Assembly (NCBI GenBank): GCA_044892525.1
Contig: CM097885.1
Coordinates: 30,320,001-30,384,000 of the forward strand
DNA from: Schmidtea polychroa
Taxonomy: Eukaryota
Length of the DNA stretch: 64,000 bases
Reading direction: 5' to 3'
The notes under the pieces are model-generated. The model saw nothing but the letters and a program-made list of their open reading frames with translations. It did no database searches and was not told the origin of the DNA. Shown here piece by piece: positions 46,701 through 60,154 of this stretch. A program made the translations under genes and the position numbers. Position 1 is the stretch's first letter; each line of letters starts with the position of its first letter.

Positions 46701-48010
46701 ATTTAAATCTAAATCTAAATCTAAATATCTAAATATTTACCAATAAACATCTGATTAAATATCATTTTTTTTTTACTATTTTAAATTTTCTTAAACAAAG
46801 AACTATAGAAATATGACAATTATTTAACAATCCATATACTTTTAATTTCACTTACATGAAATACTAGAAGTTTCGTGATGCAATCAAATTTTAAATTAAT
46901 CTCATCTTAGTTGATTAATGTAAAAATAATATTGCAAATAAAAATTCGATTTTAAAATGAAGTTTTATTTATACTTTCATCATTTTTTTTTTATAATAAA
47001 ATTAAAGTTGATCGTCGTAATATAGTTAAAATAAACTAACAATAACTATATTAATATTGTCTAAAAAAAATAATTTCAGTAAATATATTAACTTTGTACT
47101 TTTTTTTTTCAGTTTATATATCAATATATTTGTATTTATGTGATACGTATATTATTTATGCTTCAAAGGACTTGGGCAAAAATTTGAGTTGCATAAATGA
47201 ACATTTTTATCTTCAAATCTGAAATTTTTATAATACAATTAAAATTGTTAATATTATATATTGAAAATCTGAAACATCAATTGTTTTTGTAGTCATACTT
47301 TTCTTTAACAGGTAAAGTATATAATTTCTTCACCTATTTTTCATGAAAATTGTTTTAGAAAATTATTCTCAGAGATATCAAAAGCAGAAGTTTATATTTT
47401 TTTAATTTGACATCAGTGACAGAATTCTGTTTATTTCTGGTATAATAAATATCTTTTCTATAATTAGGTTACTTATAGTAAAAAATAATATTCCTTATCA
47501 ATAATTAAAATATTGTCTAAAAAATAATTTCAGTAAATATATTAACTTTGTACTAATTTTAATTAATAATTAATATATTACTAATTTTCATTAATTTTAA
47601 GAAATTTATTTAAATGAATTCATCTAAATATTAACATCTGATTAAATATCATTTTTTACTAATTTAAATTTTCTTAAACAAAGAAATATATAACTAGAAA
47701 TCTAAGTTAAATTTTGTAATTTACTTACATTTTATCTTCTTTGCGAAATATTCAATAGTTCCAGCAGCACAAGCAACTGAATCATCAACTGAATCCTCAT
47801 TAAAATTTCCTGGAAAAGACAATTAAGAATAAGCAATGAATTATTATTATTTAACTTTTTCGTCCATATTCGTTTGCAGGTATCGAAGTAACAAAATGTT
47901 CTTCAATTATGACACAATCGCTATCTAGAAAATATATATATATATATATATATTAAAATGAATTAAAAAATAATGAAAATACCATTTTCGTAATCGATGT
48001 CTGTGATCAT
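43732..48010 (-). pseudogene. Truncated pPolB, right copy (657-aa ORF 45705-43732 plus mirrored 5' exons from 48010)
   Basis: Identical to the left copy except M/I in NPKN(M/I)ID; continues through CYLC..DHDHFTG..CNVCN and Exo II FHNLKGYD; homology stops at FPH (43775). Confidence 0.9.
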
Positions 48011-48201
48011 TATTTCTAAAGTTATTTTGTAATAATGAAAATGTTTATAATGAAAAGCATACTTTATTCTCCAGCCAATTAAAATTAAGATAGAAAATAT
48101 ATTACGTTGTGGTATTTTAAAATTATTTTGTGAAAAGTGAAATAAATATGTGCTTAAATTAACTATGATCATAATTACATATTTTTATTTAAAATAAATA
48201 G

Positions 48202-48235
<34 letters not shown>

Positions 48236-49538
48236 AAATGTCTGATAATGACCATTTTATTTTACCATTTATTTTACCCTTATTTTGATTCGATTCAATT
48301 ATGTATTATATATATAGTAGACTTTCGAATGATATAAAACTTGTGTGTGAGTAAAACCGTCCATTATTTATTGCTCCTTATCAATGTTTTCATATACAGA
48401 CACACATAGATTATCTGACCAAAATAAAACAAATATATATATATATATATAGTTTTCATAAATTTTAATCAAATTACATGTATTTTCTTAAAAAATTTTG
48501 ATTTTACCCTTATTTATTGCCCTTTACACACATTCACTTTAGATCTCGCTTAGAAATATTTTTCTATCCTTAAGGTGTGTAATACAAAGACATATGCAAT
48601 ACAAGTGCATGAGTAACAAAGACATTTGCAATGCAAATGCATGAGTAACAAAGACATTTGCAAACGTAGTATTAAAACGTGTTTTGACTTTGAAAATTTT
48701 CTATAAAGTAATTCGTTAAATGGACTTAGAAAATTTTTAATTTTTGACCTTGATTTGACCTTAAAATTAGGGGTAGGGGGTAGGGGGTTGACCTTAAAAT
48801 TTTCTATGACCTTAAAAATAGGGGTAGGGGTAGGGGGGTTGACCTTAAAATTTTCTATGACCTTAAAAATAGGGGTAGGGGGTAGGGGGGTTGACCTTAA
48901 AATTTTCTATGACCTTAAAATTTTCTATGACCTTAATAATAGGGGTAGGGGTAGGGGGGTTGACCTTAAAATTTTCTATGACCTTAAAATTTGGAAAAAT
49001 TAGACTTTGGCCTCAGAAGTTGACCTTAAAATAGCCTAAAATCGACTTTGACCTCAAGATTTCACCTTAAAATGGCCTAAAATCGACTTTGACCTCAGAA
49101 TTTGACCTTAAAATGGCTTAAATTGACCTTAAATTGACCTGAAAATGACATTGGCCTTAAAATTTGACCTTAAGTTGACCTCAAAATTTTCTATGACCTT
49201 AAGTTGACCTTAACGATGAGTCATCGTGGGCTCACTTCTACCTACTACTGTATAATTTCTTTTGTTTTAATTGGATAAATTGCATGTTTTGTCAATTTGA
49301 CTTCAATAAAATAAACTGCACTACAACGTATATCGATTATTCTCTTATGTTTTCTCTTAGAAAATATAAAATTATACCAACACTAAAATATCACTTAAAA
49401 CCAAATTCAGCAAATTACGCTGTTACAGAATATCCTTCCCTGTGCTTTTCCTCTAATAGTGTCAAATCTGAAAGTATGTTGGGCTATATATTTTCTCTAT
49501 TTTGGCTATCTGCCAGATATATATTATTGAAACTGGTT

Positions 49539-50680
49539 AGTAGGTAGTTATTGGCTCCCTACCTCTAAAAAAATTGCGGAAACTCGTTTTTTTTTGCTTT
49601 TTTGATTACGTAATTGCGACAGGAAGCCACTCATATTTTTTTCAATACAAATAGAAGGGGCCTATAGAAAAGAGGCCATTGCGGCAGGAAGCCACTTAAA
49701 TTTTTTCAACACAAATAGAAGGGTCATATATAAAAAAATCAGGATTTCTCTGACTATACTCAGAAGATCTCGATGGAACCTGAGAATTTCAATGCAAAAA
49801 AGGGTCTACACTAAAAAGCCAAGGATTTTTCTGACTATAGTTGGGGAGGGGGTCTCATTGGTCCTGGGATTTTCAATACAAAATTCAATTATCACTAAAA
49901 AAGCATGGAATTTTCCAAGTACAGTTAAGGTGGGTCTCAATGGTCCTGGGATTTTCAATAGAAAAGTGGGTCTTCATTAAAATAGCATGGTAAATTTTTG
50001 AGTTACAGTAAATTATGGTGCAAATTTTTGAATTAAAGTTAATCAATGGTTTAAAATTTTAAAGTTAAAGTAATATTTTTAAATTAAGTAAATTAAAGTA
50101 AAAATTAAAAATAAAAGTAAATTAATGTAATAAGTAAATTAAAGTAAGATTTTTAAATTTATTAACAAAAAGTTGGAATAATAGTCGGTGTTTGAGAATT
50201 GAAAATTTTGATGAAATATTTTTTTAAGATAATTTTTAATGAAAATTTTTATGAAATATTTTTCCGTGTTAATTTTAGATGCAAATCTTTGTGAATTAAT
50301 CAATAACCACATGAAAGTATTGGTTAAATATGTAAATAAAGGTTATATTTGGTTGTTAAGTAAATTATGGTGTAAAATATTAAATTAAGTAATACAAGGA
50401 TAAATAAGCAAATTAAGGTTCAAATTTTTTAATTAAGTAATAAATGGTATAAAATTTTAAATTAAAGTAATTATTTTTAAATAAGTAATGTAATAAGTAA
50501 ATTAAAGCAAGATTTTTAAATTTATTAACAAAAAGTTTGAAGAACCAACAGCTTCTGAGAAATAAATTTTTTAATGTAAATTTTTATGAAATATTTTTTA
50601 GGTCAATATTTATTGAAAATTTTTATGAAATAATTTTCACAATCAATTTTAGATGCAAACTTTTGTCAATTAATCATAAA
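49539..50680 (+). mobile_element. Truncated end fragment of the A/C-type element
   Basis: Starts AGTAGGTAGTTATTGGCTCCCT, then the CTATAGT..GGGGGTCTC..TGGTCCTGGGATTTTCAATA block; 50275-50560 matches 15140-15460. Confidence 0.8.
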
Positions 50681-51306
50681 ATTGTGACAGGCTGTCAAAA
50701 AAATAGATTAATTGCCCAAACAAAATAGAAAAACAAAATACAATGAAAGCTACCAAAAGCAATTTGATGAAGAGATAATATAATTACGAGATGGATATAA
50801 AAGCTACTGGCAAATTGGTCGAAGAAAGAGTAAAAAAAGCGAATTTAACTTTACTGCTAACCAAATCATTTTGAATCTAGCCTACCCGTTGGAAGATATA
50901 TCAATACGCAGAGTAAAGAGTAAAAAGAGTAAAAAGTGGTGTAAACTGAAATTGTTTCATTAAAGTAAATCTAATTTATTTCATTAAATAAGTTTAATTG
51001 TGATAATTTCGAATAATTATTGTGTTGTTTAATTTGGGTTGTTTAATTTGCACCAAAATGACTTAAGTAATTTTAATTTTAAAAAATATTAAAAATTAAT
51101 AAATTAATAAATAAATTAATAAATGCTTTTCTAAAAAGATTTTTAAAGATTTATAGTAATTTTGTGTGGTAAATACATGAATGGAAATAATATGGAAATA
51201 ATAATAATTTAATTAAATATATAAAAACAAAATTTTTAATTTCGAATGCTTTAGATGTATAAAATGATGCACAATAAAAAGTAAAACAATAATAGAATAA
51301 TAGAAT

Positions 51307-52336
51307 TGTTGGGTTTTATGATATCAAGATCAACCGTTGGTTACTCTGACTCCACGTGTTCCAAAATCAATAAACACAAACTCCCAACGTATATTTGTTT
51401 TATAACAATTCACAACTCTCAACAATTAATCACACTATTGGTTAATCACAATTCTTACACAATTTAAGATCGAACTCCGCTCTGGAAGGTCTCGGCCTTG
51501 TACGATTTAAAAAAAATTGGTTTCACCTTTTGCTTGATTCCGCTCTCTGATCCGAACTCTTTTAATATTCCTTTCTGACTCCCAAATTCCTCTTATAATT
51601 CCTTTTTCCTTTTATTTTATTCCTCGAACTCCTATCGTCTGTTTCTTCGTGTCCCTACCTAAGGCTATCGCCAATTATGTGAATTTTGAGTTTCCTTATA
51701 TACTCCCATAATCGTTGTAATTGCCCCGTTTTTGACCTAATTGATTTTGACTTCTTCCGCTATCATTCCCTAATTGACTATTTTTGTTGACCCTCTTCGT
51801 AATTCCCCGTCTTTTGTTTACCCTCGTTTATCCGGTTGTTTGGATAATTGCCCTCTGAATTCCTCGTTTGTTTACCCTTCCAAATTGCCGTGCTCGGGTT
51901 TTCTTCATCGCTCGGGTTCTCCATTGGCTCGGGCTTCCCATTAGCTCGGGTTTCCCATTAGCCAATTAATTAATTAATTAATATTTTACGTTTTTCCACA
52001 TTTGTCTGTTTTACGACCCTTTCTACACATTTTCTAACAATTTCTTGCTCACTGTCTTCTTCACCATCCCTTAATCTACCCCTCTCCCGTTTTCCAGCTT
52101 CAATTTCGATAACTTCTCACTTTATTCCACTTCCTCCGGTTTGCGCATTTTCCCATTTCATCTCTGATTGTACCCTTTTATAGTTCTGTTTTTATCATAT
52201 CTTTCTTTGCCATTGCTTCTCTGCTTGACCGCCATTCAATTTCGGCTTTCCTTTTAATCTGAACTATATAATTTAATAATTTATTTTCAAACCTCAACAT
52301 ATCTCCCCCCTTAAAAAAAAATTTCGTCCTCGAAAT
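51307..52336 (-). mobile_element. Ty3/Gypsy 3' LTR (51307-52299) with polypurine tract
   Basis: TGTTG..CAACA ends; on the minus strand TTTCGAGGACGAAATTTTTTTTTAAGGGGGGAGATA directly precedes TGTTGAGG, a typical Gypsy PPT context. Confidence 0.8.
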
Positions 52337-53258
52337 ATGCTTATTCGAGAATGTAATTTCAGTTAAAATTCACATATATTATTATTATTATTATTTTAAT
52401 TTCATTTGATTGGAGAGTCATAATAAAATATTTAGAATATTAAAATTTTGAGATTATTTTATTAAATTGATAGATATTTAAAATTTTGAGACTATTATTA
52501 ATTTTATTAGACTTTATTAGACTATTATTAATTTTATTAAAATTCGTCTTTAATTTAACATGCATAATGTTTAATGATTTAGATTACCCATATATCAGTT
52601 TTATCATTGCAGTTCAATTTAAAATATTCCATCGATCAACATTCGAATCGAGTTAAGGGAGGTTAAAATTTATCACAGTTTGTTTGCTCCGAGATAGGAG
52701 CTAATATTCAAATGACCCACTCCAACCGTCCACCGGAACCAATATGATAAACATTGATTTGTGTAGTGGTTGCACAAATAGTGATCCCAAACTCACATTA
52801 ACCCAAATACACAAATATACCAAACAATCTACGATATAGGCGTGTCTGCACGACTTATCAATTCTGATCGACTGGTGCTGAAGTGCTGTGCAATTACTGC
52901 TGGAAGAGAAATATCATATATAAACTGTACTATTACCCAAAATCTCATTCGGATTTGTCTGGTAATTTGCTAATTGAATTTTATTTATTCCATCACAACA
53001 AAACTCCATCGACATTATTATTTTAATCAACTACGTTAAAGGGTAAGGATGATTTGCTATTTGAATTTTATTTATTTATTTTCAGTTAGGTGTGTTCGTA
53101 TTTGAATTTTCGTTGATTTTTTTTTTAAAAGATACAGAAGTCATAAAAATTTGATGAATTTAGAGTAATTAATGTCACGGTAGAGGATCATATGTTTCTT
53201 GAAATTTTTTCTTTTTTAATTAATTTGTTTAAATTCATAATTGAAAATATATCGTTAA

Positions 53259-53348
53259 CCCTTTTCTATCCTGTGTATGTAAAATTATGACAAAAAAATA
53301 AGAGATTGAAATATGCAGGGCGCAGACAATACTGAGGAGAGGAAAGGG
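53259..53348. mobile_element. 90-bp piggyBac-type MITE
   Basis: TTAA|CCCTTT..AAAGGG|TTAA. Confidence 0.6.
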
Positions 53349-53569
53349 TTAATACATTTTAGATTAAAAGATCGAATAATTTTAAAAAATGTTTTATCAT
53401 CATTTTGATATTAAATTCAATATATCATCACAGATTATTATAACAACAAATTCCAAAGACGGAATATTTCTCTTCGCTAATTCTAATCAACGCACAAAAT
53501 TTTATTGAACATGTTAGGCAATCGAAAATATTTCTCTACAGATCGTTACAAGCGCACTATAATTCCGGA

Positions 53570-53925
53570 TGATGATTCGTGCATTCTACAAACATATACT
53601 CGGCATTTCTATTTGATATACTGATCTAGAAAAAGAATACTATCAGTTTTTCCCTGGTTCGGAATTCCTATAGAAAAGGATGTTTTGACAATGCTTCTCT
53701 ATCAAACGTTTTCTATTCAAATATCAGAATTTGGACCGACAGAAACTCACTAGTACTACTCACAGAAGAAAATAAATCTGAATATGTTAAATTAGTTTGT
53801 CAAGAGAAAATGATTGGAGCTATTCACCAACAACTTCATAGTTTTCTCGAAGGGTTTTACGAAATCATACCCAAAAATTTGATCTCCATTTTCAATGAAA
53901 AAGAACTTGAACTACAAGTTTCAAG
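53570..53925 (+). pseudogene. Intronless HECT E3 ligase (HUWE1-like) fragment
   Basis: AFYKHILGISI*YTDLEKE and [51 protein letters not shown], with stops and frameshifts. Confidence 0.8.
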
Positions 53926-54739
53926 AGCTCGTTGACTTGAAGATAGTTATGGTCGATTACAGCGGAAAACAGCTGAAGAATGGAAACAGAAGTTCTGTAT
54001 CAAGTTTGTGACTTGCTGTAATGGAAAAAAAATTTTTTTTGTTAAATGTAACTACAAATTATTATTTTACATTTTATTATTTTATTATTATGCTTTTTCT
54101 TGGAGTAGCTTGTGTCGTTACCGCAATATGTATTCATGCCCAATATCGTTTGGATTTCAAATGAGCAATTTTAAGACAGTTAATAGAAAATTATTAAACT
54201 TTTAAAATTATTCATGTGAAAAATTACATTCTAATAATCATTCAAAAAAAATATTAAAAAGTATTTTTCCATTTCATTATTAAATATTTCTCTTTCATCT
54301 TCCTTGTAATAGAAATTCGATTTTCCAATATAACTAGCTTCCTATCTAAATGTTGAGTGTATCTTAATGATTGAAAGCTATCAATTATGCATTATTAGTA
54401 GGGAGTTAGTGGCCCACGGCAGCAATAGGGGGGGGGGGTAAAAAATGTTGCAAACTTTTGATTGCATAACTTTTTCCGTAGACATTTTTTGATTACATAA
54501 TTGTTGCCGTAATGCCCAATGTTTTCTGGGATTTTAAATACAAATTTTTTTTTTTTTTTTTTTTTTCAATAAACAAGCCAAGGATAAATATTATTTGGGT
54601 GGGTCTCCTTGGTCCTGAGAATTTCAATAGAAAAAGGTAGTCTTCAATAAAAAAGCATGGATTTTTCACACTATAGTGAGGGGATCTTCTTGGTCATGAG
54701 AATTTCAATAGAAAAGGTGGTTTACATTAAAAAACGCAT

Positions 54740-55400
54740 AGTAAATTTTTAAAATAAAGTAAATTATGGGTCTAAAATTTAAAAATAAAGTAAATGATGG
54801 GTCTAAAAATTTAAGTAAATCAAGGTTCAGATTTATTTTTGAAATAAAGTAAATTATGGTCTAAATAAGTAAATTATGGGCTAAGATTTTTCAATTAAAG
54901 TAAATAATGGTTCTAAAAAATTAAATTACAGTAAATTATGGTCCAAATTTTTAAATTAAAGTAAATTATGGTTCTTAAAAATTAAATTAAAGTAAATTAT
55001 GGTTCTTAAAAATTAAATTAAAGTAAATTATGGTCAAAATTTTTGAATTACAGTCCAAAAATTTAAATTAAAGTAAATTATGATCCAAATTTTTAAATTA
55101 AAGTAAATAATGGTTCTAAAAAATTAAATTAAAGTAAATAATGGTCCAAATATTTTAAATTACAGTAAATAATGGTTCTAAAAATTAAATTACAGTAAAT
55201 AATGGTCAAAAATTTTAAAATTAAAGTAAATTATGGTTCTAAAAATTAAATTAAAGTTAATTAAGGTCCAAATTTTAAAATTAAATAATCAATGGTAAAA
55301 AAAAATTTAAATTAAAGTTAAATAAGTAAATTAAAGTAATAATTTTTAAATAAGTAAATTAAAGTAATGTAATAAGTAAATTAAAGTAAGATTTTTAAAT
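54740..55400. repeat. Subterminal tandem array of about 30-bp units (AATTAAAGTAAATTATGGT..)
   Basis: Seen directly; inverted homologue of 25250-26265. Confidence 0.9.
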
Positions 55401-55575
55401 TTATTAACAAAAATAGAAGGTGTTTGAGAATTGAAATTTTTTAATGGAAATTTTAATGAATTATTTTTTAAGTAATTTTTAATAGAAATTTTTATGAATA
55501 ATTTTCAATGGTAATTTTTAATGGAAATTTTAATAGAATAATTTTTAAGATAATTTTTAATGAAAATTTTTATGA

Positions 55576-55625
<50 letters not shown>

Positions 55626-55798
55626 TAATATTAATAATATATCAACCAAATACTATACAACACATAAAAAATTAACTAAACACATAAAAATAACTAGACA
55701 CATAACAAAACATATAAACATTAACTAAACACATAAAAATGAACTAGACACATAACAAACATAAAAATTTACCAAATAACAAATGTAAAGATATAAAA

Positions 55799-55804
55799 TT
55801 TATT
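55799..55804 (-). terminator. Putative polyadenylation signal of pPolB
   Basis: AATAAA on the minus strand 8 nt after the stop codon, followed by a T/GT-rich tract (55790-55640). Confidence 0.5.
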
Positions 55805-55812
55805 CAATAAAA

Positions 55813-58800
55813 TTAGTCCTCATCGGACAAAATAACGTCATCGATATCGATGTCATCTTCTCCAAAATCTTCATTTAATTCTTCCTCATCTTCTCCATCA
55901 TTTTCTCCAACATTTTCTGAAACATTTTCTGCAACAATTTCTCCAACATTTTCTCCAATATTTAATTCACTTAATCTTACATGCCCATATGCAAGACTAG
56001 TATTTTGCCCCACCCAAACCCTTTTGTCATCTTTGTTAGTTAGTGCTATTTTTGTGTTTTTAATTGTAAAAATTTGATGATTTTTGCTTGTTATTTTAGT
56101 CTGAGGAACCGAAAAAATCTGGTTAGTGTTATAACAATCCAGGTATGACTGATGTTTTATGTCACTACCTTTCAATGTTACACCTTTAGCCTTTTTTGTT
56201 TCCTCATCACCCAACAAGCTATAACATTTAGGTCTAAGAAAAACCCACTCCTTATATTTAAGACCTTTATTCTCGTCTTTGAACTTTCCAATGACTGAAT
56301 CAAGGTTCTTACTATATAAGGAATGACAACTATTGTAATTGGAAGTATCCAATAAATTATCTCGAACCATTGCAGGTAAAAGAACCTCAAGTTTGCAGTT
56401 AATGACTTCGAGGAAAAAAGAATCTGTATCACCTGCAACGATATTAATTTTACAATTAAACTCATTGCGAAATGATTCCAGATCCTTATATTGCAATTCA
56501 TACATTCTAAGTTTAGATAGATCAAGTACAGATTGACCAATGTAACTCGGTCTATCTAAACATATAGAATCGGAATTCAATAGTGCTGCAATTAAATTAT
56601 CTGCTATTTTAATAGATTTTTTAAAAGTCGGTTTTGACGAATATTTAACTAATTTACCGGCAGTTGTACAAAGACGAAGATTCATTCTTCTCTTTAAATT
56701 TTCAACTGTTTTGCCGTATAAACTATTATTTAGCAATTTATAATAATTTTTATCTAAGCTATTTACGCTTTTTGATCTTAATTCGGTATTTGTATCTATA
56801 TATTTTTTAAAAATTGGTGATTGCTTAAATCTTACACCCCTATTTACACGTGTTACTTTAACACCAAGTTCCAAATATAATTTTAATAATCTCCAATGAA
56901 TAACATAATTAGATTTTGGAAGATGAGTTAATAATAATTTTTCAACCTTAGACCCAGCAGGTTTCATTTTTTCAGCAGCTACAGGGAAATCATCCAACTT
57001 ATCATGAAGCTCAGAAGGAATTACAAGATCAACTTCAAGTGTGTATCCATAAGACAAAGATTCAAGATTTAAATTCCTACATTCATCCATTATTTTATCA
57101 AATCCATCAAGAACCCAACAAAATTCGCCACAAGGTAATGATTGACTTAAAGCCCAGCCATAAAGATTATTAATATCTATATATAGTAACTCAGTGTTCT
57201 CGTCGGTTTTTACGTAATGCTTATTCACAAAAGTAAGACCGCCTCTTATTCCACCCTCATAAAAGCTAAACATTTCGTTTTCAGTTATGAGTTCAATTGG
57301 TTCATTTAAAGACATTAATGCAGAAGACCAAGACATGCCTGGAATTCCGAAATAATTCAATGGTTCCAATCTATTGTGAGCAATGGATTTCAACCGAAAC
57401 TGATGAAAGAAATCAGCCAAAAGAAAACAATCAAGTTTTAGGTAGATCATCATATAATCTAATAAAGTTACGCAATTAGTTTCTACCCAAATCTCCTGAG
57501 CTTTTTCATACTCAAGCTCAGTGACACCCTCCCAGATTGGTGGTAATTCATAAGTAGTTTGGAGAATATCTAAAGAAGTGGCGAAATTATAAGGGAAGAT
57601 TCCTTTTTCACTTACTATGGTGCCAGAAAAAGCAGAATTAGTAAAAGGCAAAGAATTCAAAGTTTTGACTGCTTTAGCCAAAGAATCATTGACAAATTGA
57701 TACGAATCAATGAATCTTAGGCTAATTTTACCTAAATGCGCAATCAAAGATATAAATTTTTCCGTAGTTATTGGGATGCACCCTAAATTCCAATTTTTAA
57801 ATTTATTTAATCCATATTTAAGTATATGGTGCATATCGTATCCCTTCAAGTTGTGAAATACGATAGGCAAAATTTTATTTATTTTCCTATTTACGTTACA
57901 TGTGCTACAAGCTGCACCCAAGTATTTCCCCGTAAAATGATCGTGATCTCTAACAGGATCGACGATAGATTTCATACAAAGATAACAAACAGATGCACTA
58001 ACAAATTGACGTTGTTCAATTTTTGTTAATTTCATCATAGGTTTCCTATCCATTTTATAATAAAAAGGAAGAACCTTATTTAATGCTATATCCTCTATAG
58101 CACTTAAAAAACTCTCGACGCAATCTAAACCTATGAACTGCTGATAAGATTTAGATCCGTCAAAGTTATTTACAAGTAAAAGACCAGCAGATATTGGCAT
58201 GTGTCGTTGGAAATGATCATTATCAGAAGGTAAAATAGCCTCAAAATCTGCATAAACTACAAAAGGAGGAGTTACTGTTTTCGACCAGTCAGTAAACTGT
58301 AATAATTTATTTTGAGGGAAGGTGTAAAGAGTTGTTCCTAATTGATTACGTTTACATAATATTTCATGTTTTTCTAGTGCGTGTTTATTATTAAACCCAT
58401 TCAAACACCGATGGCACCATAATGAACGTATGCGTGTAGGACAACTAGTGTTGATATGACAATTCATTAACTTATTTAAATTACTTATAGCAACGTAATG
58501 GAAATTGTTTCCTTTATTTAATAATAGTAAATTAATTACAGTTCCATTTAAAACTTTGGAACGATGTATAATATCTAAATGTGGGTGTTTTAATACGTAA
58601 TTATCTATTAATTGTTTGTTATTGTCATAAGAAAAAACGTTAATTATTAAGCCTGGATTTTTGGCCTCGAATTTTCTAATATCTTTTAATTTCATGGGTA
58701 AGTCCAATGGATTATATATTAATTCAGATAAATTATAACTGGATGTCCTATTTCTAGCATAACTACTAACCTCATCATATTTTAAAATAGCTAAAATGCT

Positions 58801-60154
58801 ATATAAAAAACATGAATCATCGGTGTTTTTTATATTAATTAAACAATATTTATTTTTTAGATAAGTAGGTGTTTCAATGAAACTCCTACCACTTAATCTA
58901 CTTAGCCTACTTATTTTTGTTATGGTGAAATGTATTTCAGTGATATTTTTTATATTCCAACTGCTTCCTAACTCAGTAATATTAGTAATTTTCTCATTTA
59001 ATTCCTTAATGCCTTCATCAAAAAATGATGCAGTTAAAGGCTTTGCATAATTTGAGATATTATTAACCTTTATTTCCCCGTCTTTTTCAAATTCGATTGT
59101 TATTCCGAATTGAATTTTGACGGAGCCTAATTCGTTAATAATATCTCGTAATTTTTTTATTAGTTGTTCAGGAAATATTATTTCTTTTATATTTAAGTCG
59201 CTTGTATTTAAGCTTAATATTTGATGGGTACCTCTTAGATCTTTTTGTATTATTGGAACATTTCCACCTATTTGTATTATATTTAATCCATCCCAAGAGT
59301 CAAGGGAAATATTATCTAATCCAACCTGGGATTCAACAACCAATCCATCATGGGATTCGACAACCAATCCATCATTGGATTCCACAAAAGGCAATCCGAC
59401 CTGGGATTCAAAAGAAGAAGTATCTAATTTAATTTTTTTATTTTTATTATTTTTTTCTATAGTTGAGGGTCTTTTAAAAACACTATCTTTTTTAAAATTA
59501 AACCTATCTAAATGATTTTTATGTTTATTATAAAAAACGCTATATGTTACGGGGTCACTAGTCTTACATACGGGACATATAAAATAAGTTTTATTATAAT
59601 ATTTTTTCGTATAATAATTCTCCATTATAGAATGGCAATTATTATCATGTTCTTTCGATGAACAATAATTTGGGTAAAGTATACCTATAAAATAAAAATT
59701 TAATAAAAAAAATATAATTTAAATGAAATATTTTAGTAAATGTTTACGCAAAAATTTGCAAATTATTATTATTTTACAAATTTTATTTACTAAAAAATAA
59801 AAATTTACTAAATTAAAAATATTAACATTTACTTAAATAAAAAATTATATTAAATTTCCTTTAAATTATAAAAAGTAATCAATACTTACATTGTAAATTT
59901 TCATTTCGATTTATTGACACATTGACATAATTTTTTTCTTTATTCGTATTACCTAAATTATTAATTAATTAAATCAATAAATTAAAAATTATGTTTACTT
60001 TTTCTTTTCAAATTTCCTTTAATCTTAGATTTTAAATTGTCTTCATTAATATTATCTAAATTAATTAATAAATTAATTAATAAATAAATTAAAATTTACC
60101 AAATTTCTGAATTTTTTCTCGGACATTCATAACGTTTTCTATTAAAGAATTCAT
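55813..60154 (-). CDS. polB: Intact protein-primed family B DNA polymerase (Polinton/Maverick type). Exons 60154-60100, 60055-59999, 59952-59890, 59684-55813; predicted 1348 aa (1270-aa ORF from 59625)
   Basis: Exo I YADFEA, Exo II FHNLKGYD, Exo III YLKLD, KGIFPY, Pol A YIDINNLYG, Pol B KLLNNSLYGK, Pol C GDTDS, RPKCY, KAKGV, DDKR; endonuclease VII-like insert DHDHFTGKYLGAACSTCN. Three GT-AG introns splice in frame. Confidence 0.95.

Larger units (their letters stand above)
38576..49246. mobile_element. Element B: complete 10.7-kb palindrome with two converging truncated pPolB genes
   Basis: 38576-43529 is the near-perfect reverse complement of 44199-49246 (coordinate sum 87728 over the inner arms). 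Both ends are AGTAGGTAGAAGTGAGCCCACGATGACTCATCGT. Flanks are unrelated to each other and show no TSD. Confidence 0.95.

Noticed and set aside
48755..49003. Gly-rich repeat ORF (also 26299-26617, 17556-17804 and 49792-49980)
   Set aside because: Translations of tandem repeats inside the elements.
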